The translations under genes were made by a program, and so were the position numbers. Shown here piece by piece: positions 53,616-64,000 of a stretch of 64,000 bases of DNA. The notes below the pieces were generated by a model. That model searched no databases. It saw only the letters and a program-made list of their open reading frames with translations, and had not been told where the DNA came from. The stretch lies in NCBI RefSeq assembly GCF_009914755.1, contig NC_060926.1. One strand, given 5' to 3'. Position 1 is the stretch's first letter. The number at the start of each line of letters is the position of its first letter. This DNA is from the human T2T-CHM13v2.0 reference genome, Homo sapiens.

Positions 53616-56600
53616 AGACTTGACCAGGTGATGCGAGGCGAGACTTGTTCTAATTAGAAATGTATCACCGGACTCTACTGTCTGTGTGATTTCATTTAGC
53701 ATGCTCATTTCTTACTAGTTTTATTTAAAACCAAAAAAAAAAAAAGCATAAAGAGGAGAATCTGGGGACGAGGAATGATGAACAAGGAGACATGGAGAAT
53801 CCGAAAAGGAAAAAGGGAGCATGTTCTTGAAGGTAGTGAGCAAGTGAAATCTAGATAATCTAATCAGCCACAAAGGAGAAAGGAAAGAGTAGAAAACTAG
53901 TGTAGTTTTATGTCATGAATGCAGAGGGGAGGGCTTTCGAGTAAGAGAAATAACTTGCCAATGATGCAACAAAAGATTTAAAATGATTGAAATGAGAGCT
54001 CCCAAACAACGGGTGAGTTGTTCGTATGTGCAAGACTCTCCTGTTTATCCAGACACTTCTCATCTATGACTTGCCTCGACCTTCAGATTGTGCCACATCC
54101 GACCATTATTTCCAAAAGATGTGTGTTTTCCTTTCCATTTTGGACTCCTCTGGAAAATAGGAGAACATGTTATTACTAAAGGCAAGGCTTACAAAAACAA
54201 AATACAGACGTGTCTCCAGGGGGTCCGTAATGAATACTGAGATGATTAAGAGAGTAAAGGCATTAGAAATCAATGGATCAGGCTGTAGGGACCTGAAGAA
54301 TGACCAGTCTATGCTGAAGGCCAAATACATAAACTGAATTTTGTGCACAACTTGCTGACTGTGTCTGATTCTTGCTTGATAACTAAGGGTCAAGGAGTCT
54401 AATCAAATTTGTGCTATTCTATTATGCACTCAGATGGAGGAGATTCCCTTTGCCGGCATTTGAAATCTGTATGGAAGTACACCATCAGCAAATCCCCTCG
54501 TCATCTGTCTGCTCTTCTCTCCTGCCTTTGCCCCTAAGTGCCATCCAGGTGGCTTTCTTTTTTATTTCTTCTTCTTTTTTTAATGTACGGATCTACTGAT
54601 GGAGGTTGGGAGGGACACTCTTATCATTGTGAGAAATTATAAGCAGACTCCATCTGCATTCAGAAATCACAAAGGGAAGTAAAACAGCTATGCCTGCATA
54701 ATCCAGATGTTGATGAATACAGGGACCCAGAATGCCCTTCCATCCTTCAAAAACATTCCAAAGCCCAACCTACAATCAAAATCAAGACCATCCAACAGCA
54801 AGGAGTTGAACAATAAAACTTAATTACTATAACACTTGCAAGGCCAAGATTCAATAGATTTTGTGCTCTTAATCAAAATATAGAATATATCTCTAAAATA
54901 AACTTCGCAGTTTCCCAAGATCAGAATTCTCTTAAAACGAAAATAAAAGCTTTGGTTTGTACCAAATATGTTTGTTTTTCCTGCCTAATAATTCCTAGCT
55001 TAGAGGATAAGTTAATATTTTTTAAGTAAAGGACTAATATATATCTACAGTAGTGCCTTTTTTTTCTTTCTTTCTTTTCTTTTCTTTTTTTTTTTTTTTG
55101 ACCCATCTGGTTTGTCAGAAAAGTCTCCTACCTCTGATATTTATACAATATCATGCAAATGTCAAAATCTGAATGTCATCTTCAAAGACCCTTTTATGTC
55201 AGGCAACCCCTTTATAGGGAAAAAATAAACAATTTTATGTATGCATGCTTGATGCCAGTCCAATTAATAAAAGCCTTTTTTGCTATGCTTGGCTACAAGC
55301 AAGTTTCTCTTTTGAAAATGAACAGAGGGAGAATGAGATAAAAGGTCTGTATTGTTTCCTTGCAAATTTTACAGTTTCATTTTTAATTTGTGTTTGGATG
55401 TGAGGATCTTGGTGCAGATGGTGTGATAGTCCACAGTATGTTCTGAGAACCTGAAATGATAACAAAGATATGCAAATGGAGAGGGTGTTTTGGATGAAAG
55501 CCAAGATATCCGATTTCACAATAGCTGAAAACAAATTGATGCGCCCAGCAAACTACTCAGAGTAGCACTAGGAAACGTAGCAGTGCCAAAACAAATTATA
55601 TTAATGACCTTAGCAGTTTGTTGAATTCTATTGGCCAGCTTCATGTTGGTTACATTTGTCTGCATTGGCACTTCATTTACTGTGTAAAACAACTTTTCTA
55701 AAAAAATATAAAATAAAAAACAAAACAAAAAAACCTCACCAAACAAAACAAAAACTTAATGAAAAATCTATAGTCATAACTATAAAAAAATTATGCAAAT
55801 ATTTTTGCACCCGAGGAATGTTCAGTGATACTTTAGGTATCAAAATGTAAAAAAATACAAACACGATTTAAGAAAAAATGTCATAAATTTATTATTGTAA
55901 GAAAAGACAGTAATTTCAGTAAACAGGATTTAGTAATTAATATGATTCATACTACATAGGGATGTTTAATCAAAATTAATAAAACAAAAGAATTTCAACA
56001 AGGAATACTTTTAATAGATAATTTGTTACATTCCATCTGCCAGACTGTAAAAGGGATGGTTCAGAAGGAAGGAGCAAAGAAAAGAGGTAAATAGGGAAGG
56101 GAGAGAAGAAAAATGTATTGTAAAAATGGAATCTTACAAATATAAAATCTTATTTATACAGTACTATATTCAGTTATAAATATATATACAATTTTTCAAC
56201 ATTTTATGCTTGAACTAAAAAAATTTGGAAAATGTTATTTATAAGTAATTTTTCTATTGTATCTGGTGTTGGCAGCTTGTTTAATAATTATTAGAATCAA
56301 ACTTTCTAGAATGAAAGTGTTGCAAATGAAAATGATGTTTTAATCTTAAGTCTTACTAAAATATAATTTAAGACAGGCGGAAGATTATTACTAAAAGTAG
56401 ATATTTTACTGACACAGATGTATTTTCAAAGGGAAATGATTTACAAACGAATGTCAGTTTTCAGTGCTTATTTCTTGGATAATTCATCTGACCTTTCATT
56501 AAGAATGAAAAACAAACAAATGCAAACATAATTGTGGGGATGTAGTTAAACTTTCGAAATCAAGGAAATGTTTCTAAAAGTAACCTGCAAACTCTATTGA

Positions 56601-57593
56601 CGTTTCCATTACTTACACTTTTGCAAAATAACTCACATGTAAACAGTTCACAGCTCCAACCCTTACAAGCCTAGGGTTTCTTAAAAATTGGTGGCACCAC
56701 TTGTTGCTCAGAAATTAGTCTACTAAATGCAAGAGCCATGCAAATAAGTGATTAAATATGAAGTTTATGAAAGGATTTTGATTTGGGGCTCATGGTGAGA
56801 ATGAAAAATGTAAGGCACCATTACTGACAGCATGACTCCACATTTCTTATCACATCCTAATAGTGAAAAAGTATTTTAGCTGAAAATTCTCACAGGATTC
56901 TATCCTCCTATGAGAAGGGAGCATCTATTCACAATACGACAGATAATAACTGAATGGGACCGAGGCATAGACAAATGCACATTCCCCGATAGAAATGGTC
57001 ACTTATCCAAATGAAATATTTATCCAGAAACTAGAAATCCACTCTTCATTTTAGGATACAGGATTATTTTTGTCACAGAATTCCTGTTTATATTCCTGCC
57101 TTTCTTTTTTCTTTGTATTCTTTTATTTCCAGAATATTTCTGTTTTGAAAATTTTAAAAGGTGAAATGACAGGAAATGGAGAATGCTTTTATTCAAAAAA
57201 CAGGCAAATGTTATACTGGTGTTCTTTCTACATGGCATATGCCTTTTGATATTAGTTCAAGGTCGACTGGGCTTTGGCAAAATAATGGAAGTCAGAAAAT
57301 TCCAAGTTTAGTCATGTATAGAGCAACAGGTTAATATGTAACTGTTACGATGAAGTGTAGATATGAATAGTATTTATGTAGAATATCTTGCAGCCAGAAG
57401 CTGAAGAATAGGCTATGTAATTAGAAAGTAGCATATCTATTTAAAAAAAAACTCTTCACAAGAGTAGTTCTGCAGAGAAGTGCTCTTGATGTAGGTTAGG
57501 CAAATATGAAAAAAGCCTCAATCTGCAATAAATAACAGCTTTTATTAGCTATTTAATCTAAGTAACACCAAAATACAGGGTTTCTGATAAGCC

Positions 57594-57651
57594 TGTGACC
57601 CCTGGTTTAAGGGGGAACCTTAAACCATGTGACCCCTGGTTTAAGGGGGAA
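57594..57651. repeat. 24-bp direct duplication with a 10-bp inverted spacer
   Basis: tgtgacccctggtttaagggggaa - ccttaaacca - tgtgacccctggtttaagggggaa. Confidence 0.97.
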
Positions 57652-59238
57652 AATGCACTAAAAGGAAGATCTTGGAGCTGTCCATCAATTTCTGAGACAC
57701 ACAGAAATCCTGAGCAGTGAGGCAATGTACTCTCTGTCTTCATGCATAATACATACCAAATAGGTGAAGTAGTATGTAAAGTGAATTTTAATTGGTTATA
57801 ATTGTCATTTCATTTAGTAAAGTATTGTCTGGAGACCAGGATATCAATTAGCACTCTATGGACTCTGTTACTTATGAAAATATGCATATAGAGAGATGAT
57901 GTGCTCAAGCAGCAGATATACTTTAATTAAGAAAATGGTACAATAATTTAAATACCTTTAAAATATCAATTAATTGCTAAATAGATAGATTTTGAGTATC
58001 AACCTGGTAAAGTCAAAATCACTGTGTCTGATTTAAATGAACTTGAAAAATATGTTTTAGTTTTGCTACCTGATTTCTTTTTCTCAAGGCATTCACTTGA
58101 TATGCTGTAAGAAAAATTCCAACATTAAAAAAATGCACCAAAAAACCCAGAGATGTTTGATAACGATGAAAATTTTCTTTTTTAACTTTAAGCCTCGATA
58201 TGTATGCATTTCATGAAAACAGAAAAAAAAACAATATTAAGCCAAGAGTCCCCTAAGAAGATCTCTTTCATATGTCCTTCATTTCCTTAGCATTAATGGA
58301 TGTTCAGGCATCAATAAGGTAGAAAAAAAGATGATTGATGTATTTCGTTTTGTTATTAAATTGTTGGTAACCAAGGCAGCTTTTCTTTTTTCCTTGGGGA
58401 TGAAGAGGGACCTGTCCCTTTTTAACCACTTGCTCTGAATGACTTTTATACCCAATATCAGTGAGAAGAGAGGATGAATGTCACCTCTCTTCTCTTCCTC
58501 CTCCTGCCGATGCCTACTCCCTCCTTTGATTGACAGCTACTAATAACCTTCCTGCCCTAAGTGCCATGGAGACACTTTATTAGGACAAACAGCCAAGGAA
58601 ATCTAGGAATGAAGCCAAGTCTGCAGTGAGTTATTATCGGGCTTGTATTTATCTCAGCTTTGTAATTTTTTTCAGTGATATGCAAATCCTGAAATAGATC
58701 TTCTGCTGTTGAAGGACAGGTCCCTCTGTTAATTGATCCACTGAGATTCACTCTACCCTCTTTCAGCTCTCAGCCAGGCAAACGTGCTACATGAAAGACG
58801 CTCAGAGCTGTACACAGGACACAGAAATTCTCCATGCTCTCCTTCCACAAGAAGAACTTCCATAGCAAAAATGAATTTTTGTTTCGAAAAACACGTTCTC
58901 TCTCAATATTATCTGCCCAGTGGATCAAACTGATTTGTTTATTTGTTTATTAGTTGCATAGGAAATACTCTTTCAAATTATAACCAAATGTGATTTCAGA
59001 TGGGATTTACATTTTCTCTCGAAATACACAGAGCTCACACATATTGTAAATATATTAAAACTAATTCGGTGAGAGCCAACATTTATTTTTTCAGGAGGAG
59101 AAAAGAAATGTGGGAAAGACCATGAAGTGGAGAAATCAGTTTTCCTTGGAACAGCTCCTTCTTTGTAAATTAAAAATACAGGTGTACATCCCCAGCCTTT
59201 CCAATTCTATAAACATTTATTTTATTTATTCAAAACCA

Positions 59239-59241
<3 letters not shown>

Positions 59242-59270
<29 letters not shown>
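59242..59270. repeat. (TG)14 microsatellite
   Basis: Direct reading. Confidence 0.98.
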
Positions 59271-59489
59271 CTACATGCACACCTCAAGAAGTTTACCAAT
59301 AGGACATTAATAACAATGATAATAATAGTAATGTGTCTATATTAAATCTTCATTGACTTGATAGCTTTCTGGCACTTAAAGTGTTTATATGGCATGTGAA
59401 GACACCACCGGAACAAAGGCAAACAAAAATTATGAGCTAAATAGCTAAATATTGATTAGCACTCTGCCCAGAATCTGTGTGGCCTTGGA

Positions 59490-59700
59490 AGAGCCATGGA
59501 CATAGAATCAGAAAGACTTGATATAGATACTGAGCTCCACACTAATGCTCTTCCTTTCAAACTCAGTTTTTTCATCTGTATACCAAGAATTAATAACATT
59601 AATACTTTCTTAATGACATAACATTTCTTCTATAAGCATAAAATAAATGAGTGGGTGTGGAATTGTTTCATGAAGTGTCATTCCAAGAGAAAGTATAAAA
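59490..59700 (+). mobile_element. MIR relic
   Basis: AGAATCAGAAAGACTTG...CTCAGTTTTTTCATCTGTA...AATAAC. Confidence 0.55.
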
Positions 59701-60082
59701 ATAAGTGAACAATTGCCTTATATCATTATAGTTTATTTTTTTAAGTGTGATCAAGTAAGTTTGAGGAACAGGCTACATTCATAGGTTCATCGTACACAGT
59801 AGCTGTTACCTATTCATATTTTATTACATCTGTAATGTACGGAACATATCCTCTCAATTTTGCACATTAACATTTTGCAATTTTCATTAACATAGGAAGC
59901 AACAAGCATATTCCTGGTATGCCATTGGTTATTTAAGAGCTGTCTTCCCTTCATCACCGAGATCTGAAACACAATAAAAAAAAAAATCCAGTGAGGTTTC
60001 ACTTTATTAGCTCAGGGAATACCTCCACACTCTACGCCCCAGAGCCCCTTTCGGCTGATCTCTCAAGTTGCCATCCCCTAGA

Positions 60083-60311
60083 GCAGGCTTTCTCAGGGTG
60101 GGGAGGGGGCTAATTTTGTTTCCCAGGGGGTATGTGATAACATCTGAACACTTTTTTGGGTTGTCACAACTTGGGAGACAGGTGCTACTGAAATTTAATA
60201 CAGACAGACAAAAGATGAATGCTGTTAAATATCCTACAACGCCCAGGTCAGCTTCCCCAACAGATAATGATTTAGCTTAAATGTGAATAGTGCCCAGGCT
60301 GAGAAAGCCTG
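60083..60311. mobile_element. MER20
   Basis: TTTTTTGGGTTGTCACAACTTGGG...GGTGCTACTG...TGCTGTTAAATATCCTACAACGCCCAGG...AAATGTGAATAGTGCCCAGGCTGAGAAAGCCTG. Confidence 0.88.
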
Positions 60312-61584
60312 CCCTGCAGTTCCATCTCAGTCCTCTTTTCATAAGTGCTTCATATCCATGTGTCTTTGGGAAGGTCTCTTCAATGCTTGGGGCTGCATTC
60401 CTTCTAAGCCTTGCCTCCTTGTGCTGTGTTTGGCCCAGGTGAAGCATCTGGGATTCTGCCACCAAGCCCAGCTCAGACACCCAAACTCTTCTTAGGTAGG
60501 AGAGTGGCAGGAATAGGCTTTTTCTTGCAGAAAGAAATTGGGCTATTCTGTAGGATTCTGTAAGATAAAAAAAAAAAAAAGACTTTCAATTTCCAGTAAC
60601 AATTTATATTTTAATATTGGCTAAATGTATCTGTTTTTCAATAAAATTTCCCTTAGGTACATAAAAGCTCCTGATGAATTACAAGTGAACACACAGAAAA
60701 ATGTGGTATCTATATACGGAAGTCACTGCACATGTCAGAGAAATACTGATCATGGTTTACATCGTCATTCAAAAAGTCATTGGACAGCCCAGCAAAATTC
60801 TTAGACCTCAAATTTACTATGCATTCAACATTGCATTCATTTTTCACAGATGCTGCTTGTGATAAGGCCTATTCTGCTGTCCATGACTGCCATATCCCAA
60901 CGAAACTGCTAGTTATCAAGCAGCTAATTCAGTAAGACTTTTTAGACTTTCTATAGCCATATTTAAAAATAAATAGATATAATAAAAGTGTCTCTACAGC
61001 TATGAGACTATTGCTTTAATAATTAAATATTGAAAAAACAATATTTGACATGTAGTTTTTTAAAAATCAAGAATAATAACTTCTTTTTCTAAAACCAGTT
61101 ATGCTTATCAAAAGAGAAAATCTTTTTCAGACATTCTCATCTCCTAAAGGGAGATATATAATATAACCTACTGTTATAATAAGGAGACTTGAAACCATTT
61201 AAGTAGAGCAACAGTCATAGTCAAGGAAACTATTTCTAGATTTCCTGTAGCTCCCAAGAGGAATTAACAAATGTGGTGCACACAATGCAGATTTATATTC
61301 TAATCAAATATTACCTAGTTTGCTTAAGTGAAATGTGAACTAAAGGAGAAGTGTGCCTATTATAATGGCACTGAATATGCAAGGAAAAATAACATGGTCC
61401 AGGCCCTCTAGAATTTTAGTCTAGTCAGCAAACATGCATTTCCAATTTTTAGTAGGTGATATAACAAATGCTACATTAAGATATAATATTCTCTTGCTAG
61501 TCTCAAATAGAAAAAATAGGGCTTTAAATATGCTACTAGACAGAAAGGAATTGTATTTCAGTATCTAAAATGACATGTTCATGA

Positions 61585-61905
<321 letters not shown>

Positions 61906-62497
61906 ACTCACTGAACTTCGACTCTGTTCCAGGAACTACAATATACTTAATGGAGTTTACCAAGATTAGTTTTGCTGTATTCATCACTTTCAAATACTTT
62001 ATTCTATAGACTGAGCGAGACTGAATCCTTGCTGTGGAATTACCAAGTTCTGTTAATGGACAATTATTTAACCCTGAAGAAAACAAAAAAATTGAAAATA
62101 AAATGTCTGACAAAATCATGATCTGGCTCATAAGGTGTTGTAAGCATGGATGATACATATAAAGTTCTGAGAAGAGTGTCCAGAATAAGGTACATGCACA
62201 ACCAAAGACACAAACTATGACTAGACTTTAAATATGACAAGTGGAGGTAAGCGCAACGGTAAACATCCTTAATCTGCAACCCTCCAAAGTCAGCAGACAA
62301 TAAATTCAATGGAAGTGTCAATCCATCCATAACCTGTGGTAAACTGAATGCATAACTAAAGTGAGGGAAACATTCCCGTGCCTCCTGGTGTGAGATGGAA
62401 AACATTACTGGCTATATTTGGATCCATTATCCATTACTAAGTTCTGGGGTTTGTAAATAATTACGGTGTCAATGGATGCTTTGTAATCATCATTTAC

Positions 62498-62620
62498 CTA
62501 TCAGGTGAAGAGTCAAAATGGGGAATATTGCCTCATTTTCTTATGGGAACACATGCCTCTTCCATTAACTAGGCATTTCTCTGTCCAGGAAGAGTAGCCT
62601 CCAGGGCCACTGAGGTTATT
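62498..62620 (-). other. Candidate 123-nt non-coding internal exon
   Basis: Minus strand: long T-rich tract tttttgctttaacttttacgtacag|AATAACCTC...CCTGATAG|gtaaat; stops in all three frames. Confidence 0.4.
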
Positions 62621-63162
62621 CTGTACGTAAAAGTTAAAGCAAAAACCAAAGTAAAAAAAAAAAAAAAAAAAAGAAAATGCAATAATCTGAGATGTAGAAA
62701 CAAGATGGTTTGAGGTTTCCTATTAGTATGAAGCAAAATGACTTATTTAAGATCAGCTTTAAAAAAAATAGAATTTTGGAAGATAAAACTGGGAGAAGGG
62801 AAAATATAACATTTTAAAAGTGACAATTTCACAATTTGAAAAACTATTAAAATGATATATTCTTTAAGAAATAAAAGCATGTTGTTGAGATGTTTTAAAC
62901 TGATGAAAACATAGGGAAGAAGTTACCCAGGACTTCACCCTGACCGAACATCACACTGAGGAACAGAAAATATGGATGAAATTATACCATAAGCGTATAG
63001 CTGCTAGGCCAAGTTTTGTAACTCTTTACATTACAACAAAGGGATAGTGGGTTGAAGCCGATTCTCATGGGAGACGGCATCTAGAGCTCAAAATAAAAAC
63101 ATGAGTAAAACAATTCTCAAGGATGGCTTCATTAGGATTATTTTAATAAGAATTATTATGCA

Positions 63163-63613
<451 letters not shown>

Positions 63614-63639
63614 TCATTTGCACAAAAGCCTTTGCACAA

Positions 63640-63800
63640 AATACACATGGATGTACATATATATTGTGTATATGTAAATATATGTAAGTAAGCACATATA
63701 TACAATGTGTATGCATGTAGATATATATGCACAGACACTATAATGTATATGTATTATATATGCTATGTGTGTGTGTGTGTGTCTGTGTGTGTGTATACAT
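63640..63800. repeat. Degenerate (TATG)/(TG)n alternating purine-pyrimidine repeat
   Basis: Direct reading. Confidence 0.85.
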
Positions 63801-64000
63801 AGTATTTTTTAAAAAGGAGATATATTTGTGGACATAATTTTCCTGAGAATAAACATTTTCAGATATATATCCAGAACAAAATTTTTAAATAAGTTATGCA
63901 CTAGCTAAAACAAATTAATCACAATATTATTTTACTGCTATTTTGGTATCACAACTTGGGTTTCTGCAAATGAGTGTCATTGGCTGATGTTCCTGTGCAT

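Noticed and set aside
53600-54018. Plus-strand acceptor (53610) and strong donor CGG|gtgagt (54012)
   Set aside because: Isolated signals, partly in an old L1 fragment, with no coherent exon chain
55380-55475. Minus-strand acceptor with downstream ATTAAA (possible terminal exon)
   Set aside because: Both motifs are frequent in AT-rich DNA; too weak to call
57594-57651. Repeat-spacer-repeat resembling a CRISPR unit
   Set aside because: Only two copies, the spacer is an inverted piece of the repeat, the context is eukaryotic and there are no cas genes

Overview
Primate (very likely human) AT-rich, gene-poor genomic DNA with no intact protein-coding ORF that I can recognise. The longer ORFs in the supplied track are (TA)n low-complexity translations, Alu-derived frames or broken L1 ORF2 pieces; the rest match nothing I recognise. 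Much of the window is interspersed repeat: 18 Alu/FLAM/FRAM pieces, a twin-primed 5'-inverted L1PA, a 3.7 kb L1PB nested in an older L1M with a perfect 18-bp TSD, a solo HERV-H LTR7, several MaLR LTRs, MER5/MER20/Charlie DNA transposons, and MIR/L2 relics. Two very large AT-rich tandem arrays (about 1 kb and 2.1 kb) follow Alu tails. The unique sequence holds a series of splice signals on the minus strand (62620-62498; donor at 19975; donor at 11561; 11022-10921 ending in ATG; 6993-6955). These suggest the 5' part of an unidentified minus-strand gene or lncRNA with alternative promoters. I found no evidence of a new multi-gene system. The best leads are the putative transcript beside the LTR7, the palindromic structure of the AT arrays, several templated fold-back insertions and two GGCATGATG-core repeats. 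Repeat subfamilies were assigned from memory of consensus sequences and need RepeatMasker/Dfam confirmation; boundaries of old elements are approximate.
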